This document shows, piece by piece, positions 44,635-55,538 of a stretch of DNA of 64,000 nucleotides. The notes under the pieces are model-generated. The model worked only from the letters and a program-made list of their open reading frames with translations. It had not been told where the DNA came from and did not search any database. This stretch comes from Pseudomonadota bacterium. GTDB taxonomy: Bacteria > Pseudomonadota > Gammaproteobacteria > Halothiobacillales > Halothiobacillaceae. The stretch lies in NCBI GenBank assembly GCA_049322715.1, contig JBMOQP010000029.1, forward strand, positions 14,714 to 78,713, given 5' to 3'. Both the position numbers and the translations under genes were made by a program. Every line of letters begins with the position of its first letter. Position 1 is the first letter of the stretch.

Positions 44635-46452
44635 ATGTCCCGCATCCCGCAAAGCTTCATCGACGACCTGGTAGCCCGCGCCGACATCGTCGAGGTCATC
44701 GGCAGCCGTGTACCACTGAAGAAGAAGGGTAAGGAATACGCTGCCTGCTGCCCGTTCCATCACGAGAAATCGCCCTCGTTCTTCGTCAGCCCGGACAAGC
44801 AGTTCTATCACTGCTTCGGCTGCGGGGCGCACGGCACCGTGCTCGGTTTCCTGATGGCCTTCGAGCGGCTCGACTTCGTCGAGGCGGTCGAGACCCTGGC
44901 CGGGCAGATGGGCCTGGAGGTGCCCCGGGAGGGGGGCGAGGCGCCGCAGGCCCATCCCCACGCCCCGCTGCTGGCGGTGCTGGAGGACTGCGCCCGCTTC
45001 TACCAGGCCGAGCTCAAGCACACCCCGCGTGCCATCGACTACCTCAAGCGGCGCGGGGTGAGCGGCGAGACCGCCGCCGCCTTCGGACTCGGCTACGCCC
45101 CCCCGGGCTTCGATACCCTGGAGCGCGCGCTGCGGCTGGACAGGCAGGGTATCGACCAGCTCAAACGCGCCGGCATGCTGAGCGAAGGCGAGCACGGCCG
45201 CCTGTACGACCGCTTCCGCGAACGGGTCATGTTCCCCATCCGCGACCGGCGCGGCCGTGTCATCGCCTTCGGTGGACGGGTTCTGGGCGACGAGAAGCCC
45301 AAGTACCTCAACTCGCCGGAGACCCCCCTGTTCCACAAGGGCCACGAGCTTTACGGCCTGTACGAGGCCCGCAAGGCCCTTGGCCGCCCAGACCGCCTGA
45401 TCGTGGTCGAGGGCTACATGGATGTGGTCATGCTCGCCCAGCACGGCCTGCGCGAGGCGGTCGCCACCCTCGGCACCGCCGTCACCCGCGAGCAGGTCGA
45501 CCTGATGTTCCGCCACACCGCCCAGGTCGTGTTCTGTTTCGACGGCGACGAGGCCGGCCGCCGCGCCGCCTGGCGCGCGCTGGAGTCCACCCTCCCCCTG
45601 CTGCGGGACGGCCTCGACGCCCGCTTCCTGTTCCTGCCGGAGGGCGAGGACCCGGACAGCCTGGTGCGCCAGGAGGGGGCCGAAGCCTTCCGCGCCCGGA
45701 TCGGCAGCGACGCACTCGGCTTCGATGCCTTCCTGCTGGACGAACTGGCCCGCCAGGCCGAGGACGACGGCACTCCGGCCGCCCGGGCAAGGCTCAAGAC
45801 CCTGGCCCTGCCGCTGATCCAGGGGATGCCCGCCGGGGTGCTCAAGGACCTCGTGCTCGACGAGCTGGCCGGACGCATCGGAGTGACCGTCGACCGACTG
45901 CTACCGGGGACCGATCTCGAAGGCCGTACCCCGAAAGGGCATCGGCCATGGATGGCCAATGGGCCTGAGGGGAGGGACCAGCGCCGCGCCCCGGCGCCCC
46001 ACCCTCCGGAACGCCCCGCCGCGCCGCCCGATGGCGGACGCCCCACGGCCCTGCGCAAGGCCATCGTCCTGCTGCTGCACTATCCCGACCTGGCCTCCCG
46101 TCGGGCGCCGGACCCGGCCTGGGCACAGTCCCCCGTCCCGGGCCTTCCGCTGCTGACGCAGCTCATCGACCACCTGCGCAGCCGCCCGGCCCCCATGGGC
46201 GTGACCCTTGAACACTTCCGTGCCAGCCCCCACGCTCAGGTCATGCAGGCGATCAGCCGGCTGCCGCCGCCGCGGGAGAGCGAGGATATCGATGTCCGCG
46301 AGCGCATGTGGCTCGACATGCTCGAACACATCGCCGCCACTCACAACCGGGCACGCCTGCGGCAACTGACCGAACGGCCGTTTGCCGAACTGCAACCCCT
46401 TGAGCGACAGGAACTTTTGCGGCTGACAACACTCCAATTCAGCCGTGAATAA
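44635..46452 (+). CDS. dnaG: DNA primase
   Basis: Start set at ATG 44635 (MSRIPQSFIDDLVARADIVEVIG). Zinc ribbon CCPFHHEKSPSF...CFGCGAHG, TOPRIM VVEGYMDV, and a C-terminal DnaB-binding domain. Confidence 0.95.
   Translation: MSRIPQSFIDDLVARADIVEVIGSRVPLKKKGKEYAACCPFHHEKSPSFFVSPDKQFYHCFGCGAHGTVLGFLMAFERLDFVEAVETLAGQMGLEVPREGGEAPQAHPHAPLLAVLEDCARFYQAELKHTPRAIDYLKRRGVSGETAAAFGLGYAPPGFDTLERALRLDRQGIDQLKRAGMLSEGEHGRLYDRFRERVMFPIRDRRGRVIAFGGRVLGDEKPKYLNSPETPLFHKGHELYGLYEARKALGRPDRLIVVEGYMDVVMLAQHGLREAVATLGTAVTREQVDLMFRHTAQVVFCFDGDEAGRRAAWRALESTLPLLRDGLDARFLFLPEGEDPDSLVRQEGAEAFRARIGSDALGFDAFLLDELARQAEDDGTPAARARLKTLALPLIQGMPAGVLKDLVLDELAGRIGVTVDRLLPGTDLEGRTPKGHRPWMANGPEGRDQRRAPAPHPPERPAAPPDGGRPTALRKAIVLLLHYPDLASRRAPDPAWAQSPVPGLPLLTQLIDHLRSRPAPMGVTLEHFRASPHAQVMQAISRLPPPRESEDIDVRERMWLDMLEHIAATHNRARLRQLTERPFAELQPLERQELLRLTTLQFSRE
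45911..45985 (+). repeat. REP-like element family A copy embedded in frame within dnaG
   Basis: 75 nt with 9 mismatches (hand alignment) to the non-coding copy at 9227-9301. In dnaG it translates as DLEGRTPKGHRPWMANGPEGRDQRR. Confidence 0.8.
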
Positions 46453-46464
46453 TTCGCCCTTTGT

Positions 46465-46473
46465 TGGTATAAT
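46465..46473 (+). promoter_or_regulatory. candidate extended -10 promoter for rpoD
   Basis: TGGTATAAT (TGn plus perfect TATAAT at 46468-46473), 13 nt after the dnaG stop and 37 nt before ATG 46510. Confidence 0.45.
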
Positions 46474-46509
46474 TTTTTGTTTGATTTGACCCGAGGCTCG
46501 CACTCGACC

Positions 46510-48318
<1,809 letters not shown>

Positions 48319-48328
48319 TCTATCCTTC

Positions 48329-48355
48329 GAGGCCCGGTTTCCCGGGCCTTTCTTC
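48329..48355 (+). terminator. rho-independent terminator after rpoD
   Basis: aggcccgg-tttc-ccgggcct followed by ttcttc. Confidence 0.7.
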
Positions 48356-48358
48356 GTC

Positions 48359-48434
48359 GGGCCTATAGCACAACGGTCAGTGCAGGGGACTCATAATCCC
48401 TTGGTTGCAGGTTCGAATCCTGCTGGGCCCACCA
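48359..48434 (+). tRNA. ileX: tRNA with CAU anticodon, most likely tRNA-Ile2 (lysidine type) rather than elongator Met
   Basis: A 76-nt cloverleaf. Acceptor GGGCCUA/UGGGCCC plus encoded CCA. D stem GCAC/GUGC. Anticodon arm GGGGA-CUCAUAA-UCCCU (CAT at 48392-48394). T arm GCAGG-UUCGAAU-CCUGC. The C4-G69 and C5-G68 pairs and the anticodon/variable region resemble E. coli ileX, which also lies downstream of rpoD. Confidence 0.85.
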
Positions 48435-48488
48435 CTCCTTCCTGCGGCTGTGCAGACAAGACCCCAGAGCCGGGTTATAAAGCCCCAC

Positions 48489-49439
48489 ATGCGCCCAGCC
48501 TCTTCCTCCAGCCGAAATCCGACCGCCATCCTGGGCCGCAGAATGCTGCTTGGCCTTGTGCTGCCCCTGATCCTGGCCGCCTGTGGCAGCGAGGACGCCG
48601 CCCCGACCCTGCCGGCCTACAGCGCCACCCCGTCCAAGCCGCTGGTTCCGGTGCTCATGCTCGGAGTGCATCCGCTGCACAACCCGGTCAAGCTTCTCGA
48701 GACCTACGGCCCCATCGTCGACACCCTGAACAGGACCATCCCCGAAGTGGAGATCCGGCTCGAGGCCTCGCGCGACTACGCCGAGTTCGAGCGCAAGCTG
48801 GAGCAGCGCCAGCTTGAGCTCGCCCTGCCCAATCCCTATCAGACCGTGACCGCCACGCAGCACGGCTACAGGATATTCGCCAAGGTCAAGGGCGACGAAG
48901 ATTTCCACGGCCTGATCCTGGTCCGCAGGCGGAAAGGATCCCCCGAAGATGTCGGCGACCTGCGCGGCAAGACCCTCAGCTGCCCCGCCCTCACCGCCGT
49001 GGCCGGCTGCATGCTGCCCCTGTTCCATCTGCGGCAGGAGGGGCTGGATGTGAAGCGGGACCTCAAGATCATCGCCGTCGGCTCCCAGGAATCCAGCATC
49101 CTGTCCGTGGCACGCGGGCTGGTGGACGCCGGAGCCACTTGGCCGCCGCCCTGGCGGGCCTTCCAGAAGGAGCACCCGGAGCTCGCCCGCCAGCTGGTGG
49201 TGCGCTGGCAGACCGCCTCGCTGCCGAACAACGGACTCGTGGCGCGGGATGACCTGGATCCCGCGCTGGTCGGGCGCATCCGGGCCCAGCTGATCGCCCT
49301 GTCCGACACCAAGGATGGACGCCGCCGCCTGGCGAAGGCCGAGATCCAGGGCTTCGAGTTGGCGGATGACGACACCTATGCACCGGTAAGGGACTTCCTG
49401 CAGCACTACCGGGAGCAGGTCGGGGAGCTGGCGCGATGA
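48489..49439 (+). CDS. PhnD-like (phosphate/phosphonate-binding family) periplasmic substrate-binding lipoprotein
   Basis: Start set at ATG 48489, because the ORF-track start overlaps the tRNA. Lipobox LAAC. The pattern LGVHP...DYAEFERKL...LELALPNPYQ...GY...DLRGKTLSCP...GSQESSILSVARGLVDAG fits the PF12974-type fold as I remember it. Confidence 0.75.
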   Translation: MRPASSSSRNPTAILGRRMLLGLVLPLILAACGSEDAAPTLPAYSATPSKPLVPVLMLGVHPLHNPVKLLETYGPIVDTLNRTIPEVEIRLEASRDYAEFERKLEQRQLELALPNPYQTVTATQHGYRIFAKVKGDEDFHGLILVRRRKGSPEDVGDLRGKTLSCPALTAVAGCMLPLFHLRQEGLDVKRDLKIIAVGSQESSILSVARGLVDAGATWPPPWRAFQKEHPELARQLVVRWQTASLPNNGLVARDDLDPALVGRIRAQLIALSDTKDGRRRLAKAEIQGFELADDDTYAPVRDFLQHYREQVGELAR

Positions 49440-52400
49440 GGCTATCCATCCCTTCGGCCCTGCCGCGCCTGCTCGGCACCTCGCTCCGCCGCCGCCTGGC
49501 CGTCAGCATCGCGCTGGTCCACGCGCTGATGATGGCCGTCTTCGTGTTCGACCTGAGCCTCCGCGAACAGCAGCTGCTGGTCAAGAACACCGAGCAGTCG
49601 ACCCTGAATACCGCCGCCCTGCTGGCGCGCTCCAGCTTTGAATGGGTGCTCGCGCGCGACCTCGCCGGCCTCGGCGAGCTGATCAGGCCGCTGGCGGAGG
49701 ACCCGGACATCGAATTCGCCATGATCATCGACCACGAGGGTCGCGTCCTCGCCCACAGCGACCCGGAGCAGGTCGGGCGCTACGTAAGCGACCCCGTCAG
49801 CCTTGCGGCGCTGCGGCACAGCCAGCCCGAACCCCATCTGGTCCAGAACGCCCCTGCCCTGATCGACGGCATCGCCCCCATCCTTTCGAGGCCATCCCGC
49901 GCCGGTGCGAGCGGACAGGCGGACCAGGCCGGCAAGATCCTGGGATGGACGCGCATCGGCACGAACACCGAGCGCACCCATGCGGCCCTCGACAAGATCC
50001 TGCGCGACGGCCTGTTCTACACCCTGGCCGCCATCCTCCTCGGCACCCTGCTCGCCCTGCTCATCGCCGCCGACCTCACCCGCGACCTGCGCCGCGTCAA
50101 GACCCTGTTCCTGCGCGTCAGCGCGGGCGAACTGGACCAGCGCATCGAGGTCGTCCGCAGGGACGAGCTGGGCGACCTGATGCACGGGCTCAACCACATG
50201 TTGGAACGACTGGAAGAGGACGAGCAACTCCTGCGGGAGACGCGCGAGCGGCTGGAACTGGCACTGCAGGGCAGCAACGACGGCCTGTGGGACTGGAACC
50301 TCGTCAGCGACACGGTCTACTTCTCGCCGCGCTGGAAGGCGATGCTGGGTTACGGCGAGGACGAGATCGGCGAGGCCCCCGCCGAATGGTCGGGACGCAT
50401 CCATCCGGACGACGTCGATCGCACCATGCGCGCCCTGGATGACCACCTGGCAGACCGAACTCCGGCGTTCGAGATCATCCATCGCATGCGCCACAAGGAC
50501 GGTGGCTGGCGCTGGATCCTAAGCCGGGGCCGCGCCCTGCGCGACGGGCATGGCCGGGCCTACCGCGTCGTCGGCACCCTTACGGACATCACCGAACTCA
50601 AGGAGACCGAGGGCCGGCTGGCCATCGAGCGCTCGCGCCTGGCGGGACTGCTGGCCAATCTCTATTCCGCCGTGCTGGTGGAGGACGAGTCGCGGCACAT
50701 CGCCCTCGCCAACCAGGCCTTCTGCGACATGTTCCACATTCCCTCCCCGCCGGAGGCGCTGGTGGGCACGGACTGTGCCGAGGCCGCTCGAGCCAGCCTG
50801 CCGCAGGTCAAGGACGGCTCCCGCTTCGTCCAGCGCATCGAGACCCTGCTCGCGCGCCGTGAGCCGGCCCTCGGCGACATCGTCGAGATGGCCGACGGAC
50901 GGGTGCTGGAGCGGGATTACTCCCCCATCCTGGTCGACGGCGCGCCACAGGGGCATCTGTGGATGTATCGCGACATCACCGCGCGCATCGAGCTCGAGCT
51001 CAGTCTCGACGAACAGCGTGAACGACTGCGCATCGTGCTCATGTCGATGGCGGACGGCGTGATCGTCACTGATCCCGACGGAAGGATCGAATTCCTCAAC
51101 CCCGTGGCCGAAGAGTTGACGGGCTGGCCGCTGAACGAAGCCAGGAATCGCCCCCTCGAGCAGGTGGCCCGGCTGATGACCGAGGACAGTGCGAACGTCC
51201 TCGATGGCGCCACCGTGCACCAGCTCATGCAGAAAGGCCGCCAGGAGATCACCGCCCGCCTCGCCCGCCGCGGGGCCATCGAATCCTTCGTCGAGATCGA
51301 ACTCAAGGCCGCCCCCATGCTGGGCGCGGGTGGGGCCGAGGGCCTGGTGCTGATCCTGCATGACGTCAGCGAAACCCATCGCCTGATGGAGCAGATGAGC
51401 TGGCAGGCGAGCCACGACCCGCTCACCGGCCTGCCCAACCGCACGGCCTTCGGCGAGCGGCTCAGGAGCTTGCTGGAAGGCGCCCGGACCGCCGGCGAGC
51501 GGCATGCGCTGCTCTACATGGATCTCGACCAGTTCAAGGTCGTCAACGACACCTGCGGCCATCATGCCGGCGACGAGCTGCTGATGAACATCGCCCACCT
51601 GCTGCGTGGCGGGGTACGCCGCGACGACATGATCGCCCGCCTCGGCGGCGACGAATTCGCCGCCCTGCTGCCGAACTGCTCGACCGAGGTCGCCGAGCGC
51701 ATCGCCAACCAGCTGCGCGAGAGCGTGCAGAACTTCAGCTTCTACTGGCAGGACCGCGTCTTCAACGTGGGCGTGAGCATCGGCATCGTCACCATCGACC
51801 CGCAATGGGGCGCCGCCGACGAGATCCTGCGCGCCGCCGACATCGCCTGCTATGCCGCCAAGGAGCGCGGGCGCAACCGCATCCACGTCTACGAAGCCGC
51901 GGACGAGGTCATGTCACGCCAGGTCGAGCAGCTCGGCATGGCCTCGCAGATCCAGCTCGCCGTGCGCGAATCCCGCTTCATCCTCTACGCCCAGCCGCTC
52001 AAGCCCCTGGAGCGACCGCGCGTGGACGACGGCCTGCACCTTGAGGTGCTGGTGCGCATGCTCGACCGCCACGGTAACCTCATCGCCCCCGGCCTGTTCA
52101 TCAGCGCCGCGGAACGCTACAACCTCATGCAGGCGATCGACCGCTGGGTGGTCAGTTCCACCCTCGAGCGCCTGCACCAGGCCCTGGACACGCCGACCGG
52201 CAGGCGCCTGAGGCATGTCGGCATCAACCTCTCCGGCAACTCGCTGACCGACGAGGACATGCTCACCTTCGTGGAGAAGGAGGTGCGCCGCTACGATTTC
52301 CCGCCCGGCCTGATCTGCTTCGAGATCACCGAGACCGCCATCATCAGCAACATGCACCAGGCGCTCGCCTTCATCCAGCGCATGAAGACCCTCGGCTGCA

Positions 52401-52717
52401 CCTTCGCGCTCGACGACTTCGGCTCGGGGCTGTCCTCCTTCGCCTACCTCAAGGCCCTGCCGGTGGACTTCCTCAAGATCGACGGCGTGTTCGTACGCGA
52501 CATCGAGAGCGACGCCCACGACCGCACCTTCGTCCAGGCCATCAACCAGGTCGGACGCACGCTGGGCCTGAAGACTATCGCCGAATTCGTCGAGAATGCC
52601 GCCACCGAGCAGATCCTGCGCGGCATGGGCGTAGACTTCGCCCAGGGCTACGGTGTCAGCCCGCCCAAGCCTCTGGAGGACCTCCTGGGCGGCGAGCCGG
52701 GCGCCTCTCCCGCGTAA
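49436..52717 (+). CDS. membrane sensor, HAMP-PAS(x3)-GGDEF-EAL c-di-GMP turnover protein
   Basis: 1093 aa with an ATGA overlap with the binding-protein gene. Two TM segments flank a periplasmic region of about 170 aa, followed by HAMP and PAS/PAC repeats. GGDEF motif RLGGDEFAALL. EAL domain with EVLVRM and DDFGSG. Confidence 0.9.
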   Translation: MRLSIPSALPRLLGTSLRRRLAVSIALVHALMMAVFVFDLSLREQQLLVKNTEQSTLNTAALLARSSFEWVLARDLAGLGELIRPLAEDPDIEFAMIIDHEGRVLAHSDPEQVGRYVSDPVSLAALRHSQPEPHLVQNAPALIDGIAPILSRPSRAGASGQADQAGKILGWTRIGTNTERTHAALDKILRDGLFYTLAAILLGTLLALLIAADLTRDLRRVKTLFLRVSAGELDQRIEVVRRDELGDLMHGLNHMLERLEEDEQLLRETRERLELALQGSNDGLWDWNLVSDTVYFSPRWKAMLGYGEDEIGEAPAEWSGRIHPDDVDRTMRALDDHLADRTPAFEIIHRMRHKDGGWRWILSRGRALRDGHGRAYRVVGTLTDITELKETEGRLAIERSRLAGLLANLYSAVLVEDESRHIALANQAFCDMFHIPSPPEALVGTDCAEAARASLPQVKDGSRFVQRIETLLARREPALGDIVEMADGRVLERDYSPILVDGAPQGHLWMYRDITARIELELSLDEQRERLRIVLMSMADGVIVTDPDGRIEFLNPVAEELTGWPLNEARNRPLEQVARLMTEDSANVLDGATVHQLMQKGRQEITARLARRGAIESFVEIELKAAPMLGAGGAEGLVLILHDVSETHRLMEQMSWQASHDPLTGLPNRTAFGERLRSLLEGARTAGERHALLYMDLDQFKVVNDTCGHHAGDELLMNIAHLLRGGVRRDDMIARLGGDEFAALLPNCSTEVAERIANQLRESVQNFSFYWQDRVFNVGVSIGIVTIDPQWGAADEILRAADIACYAAKERGRNRIHVYEAADEVMSRQVEQLGMASQIQLAVRESRFILYAQPLKPLERPRVDDGLHLEVLVRMLDRHGNLIAPGLFISAAERYNLMQAIDRWVVSSTLERLHQALDTPTGRRLRHVGINLSGNSLTDEDMLTFVEKEVRRYDFPPGLICFEITETAIISNMHQALAFIQRMKTLGCTFALDDFGSGLSSFAYLKALPVDFLKIDGVFVRDIESDAHDRTFVQAINQVGRTLGLKTIAEFVENAATEQILRGMGVDFAQGYGVSPPKPLEDLLGGEPGASPA

Positions 52718-52756
52718 CGGGTCAAGGCCATGGACGGCCGAGAGGTGCGGGCTCAA

Positions 52757-52832
52757 CCGATTTGTCGGGAACAAATCGGGGGGCGCCGAAGGCAAGCCCG
52801 TAAGGGGCCGGCCATGGATGGTCGGCATCCGC
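52757..52832 (-). repeat. REP-like element family E, copy 1 (inverted relative to copy 2)
   Basis: The reverse complement aligns at about 85% identity by hand with 61456-61532. It contains the hairpin ccgatttgt-cggga-acaaatcgg and the ggccatggatgg core. Confidence 0.75.
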
Positions 52833-52935
52833 CAGCTCCGCGTTAAGCCAGGATGAGCAGGCCCCGGCCACGCCCGACAATCCGGCTATAATGCCGTCTA
52901 CCTGACCGCGGCATTTCCAGAAAGGCGTCAGTCCC

Positions 52936-53766
52936 ATGCAGTTGCGCTTCGTGAAGATGCACGGCCTCGGCAACGACTTCGTCGTGCTCGACGGCGTGCG
53001 CCAGCAGATCACCCTTACCACCGATCAGGTCCGCTTCCTCGCCGACCGGCACTTCGGCATCGGCTGCGACCAGTTGCTGGTCGTCGAGCCCGCCCCCACC
53101 CCCGACACTCTGTTCCGCTACCGCATCTTCAACGCCGACGGCGGCGAGGTGGAGCAGTGCGGCAACGGCGCGCGCTGCTTCGCCCGCTTCGTGCGCGACG
53201 AAGGTCTGACCGACGCCACCACCATCCCGGTCATGACCGCCTCCGGGCGCATCGTGCTGCACGTCGAGGACGACGGCGAGGTGACGGTGGACATGGGCAT
53301 GCCCCGTCTTGAACCGGCCGAGATCCCGTTCGAGGCCGAGCGGCGCGAGATGGGCTACGCCCTCTATGCCGGCGGCGAGTTCCACACCATCAGCGCGGTG
53401 TCGATGGGCAACCCTCATGCGGTGCTGCGCGTGGAGGATGCCGACACCGCTCCGATCGAGACGCTCGGCCCGGCCATCGAATCCCACCCGCGCTTCCCCC
53501 GCCGGGTCAACGTCGGCTTCATGCAGGTCGTCGCCCCCGACCACATCCGCCTGCGCGTGTACGAGCGCGGTGCGGGCGAGACCCTGGCCTGCGGCACCGG
53601 CGCCTGCGCGGCGGTGGTCGCCGGGCGCCTGCACGGCTGGCTGGTCGATACCGTCAGGGTGGACCTGCCCGGCGGACGCCTGACCGTCCACTGGCAAGGA
53701 GAGGGCCGGCACGTCATGATGACCGGACCCGCCACCCGGGTGTTCGAGGGGAGGATCGAGCTGTGA
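52936..53766 (+). CDS. dapF: diaminopimelate epimerase
   Basis: 276 aa. [11 protein letters not shown] start and catalytic Cys motifs QCGNGARC and LACGTGACA. Confidence 0.95.
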   Translation: MQLRFVKMHGLGNDFVVLDGVRQQITLTTDQVRFLADRHFGIGCDQLLVVEPAPTPDTLFRYRIFNADGGEVEQCGNGARCFARFVRDEGLTDATTIPVMTASGRIVLHVEDDGEVTVDMGMPRLEPAEIPFEAERREMGYALYAGGEFHTISAVSMGNPHAVLRVEDADTAPIETLGPAIESHPRFPRRVNVGFMQVVAPDHIRLRVYERGAGETLACGTGACAAVVAGRLHGWLVDTVRVDLPGGRLTVHWQGEGRHVMMTGPATRVFEGRIEL

Positions 53767-54422
53767 GCGAAGCGCTGCTGGCCCTTGGCGAGGACGCCGT
53801 GGCCGAATACCTGGCCGAGCACCCGGATTTCTTCGTCGGCCACGAACCCCTGCTGCTCGGCATGCGGCTCCCGCACACCGCGCCCGGCACCGTGTCCCTC
53901 GTCGAGCGTCAGGCGGCCCTGCTGCGCGAGCGCGTCGGCACGCTGGAGAAGACCCTGCGTGACCTGCATACCCAGGCGCATGCCAACGAGCGCCTGGCCG
54001 CGCGCATGCACCAACTCGCCCTCGCCCTGATCGCGGCCGACAGCCCCTGCGAGGTGCTCGAGGCCGCACGCACCCGCCTGTGCACGGACTTCGACCTGGC
54101 CGGCGTGCTGGTCGGCCTGGAAGAGGGACACACCCTGGTCACCGCCTGCATCGAGACTCCCCAGGGCGCAGCCTGGAGCAGCCTGTTCGCGCTGCAGGGC
54201 CCCCAGATGCCGCGCACCAGCGGCACGCTGCGCGAACTGCTCACGGCCCACGGCCTGCCCGAAACCGCCTCGGTGGCGGCCATCCCCCTGCTTGGCGAAG
54301 GCTTCCGCGGCGCCATGCTGCTGGTCAAGCGCGAACCGCAGGGCTTCCGCCCGGACATGGGCACCCTGTTCCTCGAGCAGATCGGCGACCTGGTCAGCGC
54401 GGCGCTGGCGCGCGCCCGGTGA
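53763..54422 (+). CDS. DUF484 family protein
   Basis: 219 aa (GTG start, GTGA overlap with dapF), in the conserved dapF-DUF484-xerC arrangement. N-terminal [12 protein letters not shown] motif. Confidence 0.8.
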   Translation: MSEALLALGEDAVAEYLAEHPDFFVGHEPLLLGMRLPHTAPGTVSLVERQAALLRERVGTLEKTLRDLHTQAHANERLAARMHQLALALIAADSPCEVLEAARTRLCTDFDLAGVLVGLEEGHTLVTACIETPQGAAWSSLFALQGPQMPRTSGTLRELLTAHGLPETASVAAIPLLGEGFRGAMLLVKREPQGFRPDMGTLFLEQIGDLVSAALARAR

Positions 54423-54447
54423 ACACCGGCTTGCGGGAAGGCCGTCC

Positions 54448-55470
54448 ATGAGCGACATTCCCCGGCTTGGCTCCTTCCTCGCCCAGCTTGCGGCGAACAA
54501 CGCCTCGCCCCACACCCGCGCGGCCTATGCACGCGACCTGGCCGATGCCTGGGGATTCCTCGCCGGTCAGGGGCTGAGCGACTGGCTTGAGGCCCAGCCC
54601 CATCACCTGCGCCTGTGGTTGGCCAAACGCCATGCCGAAGGGCTCTCCCCCCGCACCCTCGCCCGCCGCCTGGCGGCCGTGCGCGCCCTGCTCCGCACCC
54701 TGCGCCGGCAGGGCCTGGTCGAGCACGACCCGAGCACCGGCCTGCGCCTGCCGCGCGCCGACCGCCGGCTGCCGGAAACCCTCGAGCCCGAGCCGCTCAA
54801 TCACCTGCTGGACCAACCCGCGGACGACTCTCTCGAGGCGCGCGACATCGCCATGCTGGAGCTGATGTACGGCAGCGGCCTGCGCCTGGCCGAGGCCTGC
54901 GGCCTACAACTGCACGACCTCGACCAGACTTCCGGCGAGGCCCGCGTACTCGGCAAGGGCGGCAAGACCCGCATCGTGCCGGTCGGCGACACCGCGCTCG
55001 CCGCCGTGCGGCGCTGGCTGGGCCTGCGGCCGGCCCATGCCCCGGCGGGGGAGACCGCCCTGTTCGTCAGCAAGCGGGGCCATCCCATTGCCCCGCGCAC
55101 GGTGCAGGCCCGCCTGACCCGGCTTGCGCGCAAGCACGGCCTCGCCGGCCGGGTGCACCCGCACATGCTGCGCCACGCCTGCGCCAGCCATTTCCTGCAG
55201 AACAGCGGCGACCTGCGCGCGGTGCAGGAACTGCTTGGGCACAGCAACCTCGCCACCACCCAGATCTACACCCACCTCGACTTCCAGCACCTGGCTCAGG
55301 CGTACGACTCAGCCCACCCGCGCGCCAGGCGGCGGAATCCATCCCCGGATTCCGCCTCCGGTGACGCTTCGCGTCCCAACGCCGTTCCCAACGCCGTTCC
55401 CAACGGCGTTGCTCACGAAGACGTAGGCGCCGCCCTCGGCGCGAGGATCGGCCCGGGGGTCGCCTACTAG
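54448..55470 (+). CDS. xerC: tyrosine recombinase XerC, with a repeat-derived C-terminal extension of about 45-48 aa
   Basis: Start set at ATG 54448. Catalytic residues lie in ...LRLAEAC..., [12 protein letters not shown] and [15 protein letters not shown]. The canonical end would be near AHPRA. The ORF continues through repeats to TAG 55468-55470. Confidence 0.9.
   Translation: MSDIPRLGSFLAQLAANNASPHTRAAYARDLADAWGFLAGQGLSDWLEAQPHHLRLWLAKRHAEGLSPRTLARRLAAVRALLRTLRRQGLVEHDPSTGLRLPRADRRLPETLEPEPLNHLLDQPADDSLEARDIAMLELMYGSGLRLAEACGLQLHDLDQTSGEARVLGKGGKTRIVPVGDTALAAVRRWLGLRPAHAPAGETALFVSKRGHPIAPRTVQARLTRLARKHGLAGRVHPHMLRHACASHFLQNSGDLRAVQELLGHSNLATTQIYTHLDFQHLAQAYDSAHPRARRRNPSPDSASGDASRPNAVPNAVPNGVAHEDVGAALGARIGPGVAY
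55322..55378 (+). repeat. REP-like element family C copy at the xerC 3' end
   Basis: gcgccaggcggcggaatccatccccggattccgcctccggtgacgcttcgcgtccca. Near-identical to 32102-32159 apart from one indel. 10-bp stem ggcggaatcc/ggattccgcc. Confidence 0.75.
55375..55410 (+). repeat. tandem 12-nt repeat x3
   Basis: cccaacgccgtt cccaacgccgtt cccaacggcgtt. Units 2 and 3 also form the hairpin aacgccgtt-ccc-aacggcgtt. Translated as [11 protein letters not shown] in the xerC tail. Confidence 0.85.
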
Positions 55471-55538
55471 CCTCTGCCGGAACAACCTCGCGTGGGCTGA
55501 TGTTAAGATCGTTCCATCCCCACACCGGCTTGCACCCC

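Noticed and set aside
45911-45985. Whether the dnaG insertion is an intein or a mobile intron.
   Set aside because: It is only 25 codons long and has no intein splice motifs (no Cys/Ser/Thr...HN-Cys architecture). It is homologous to a non-coding palindromic repeat.
48359-52935. Whether tRNA(CAU) followed by the binding-protein and GGDEF-EAL pair is a tRNA-integrated genomic island.
   Set aside because: There is no integrase gene. I could not find a direct repeat of the tRNA 3' end in 52718-52935. Codon bias of the two genes looks native.
55471-55538. A sigma-32 heat-shock promoter (CTTGAAA-N13-15-CCCCATNT) expected upstream of hslVU.
   Set aside because: The only CCCCAT lies immediately before the hslV ATG and has no credible -35 element. 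Any real promoter is probably within the repeat-filled xerC tail, and I cannot place it by eye.
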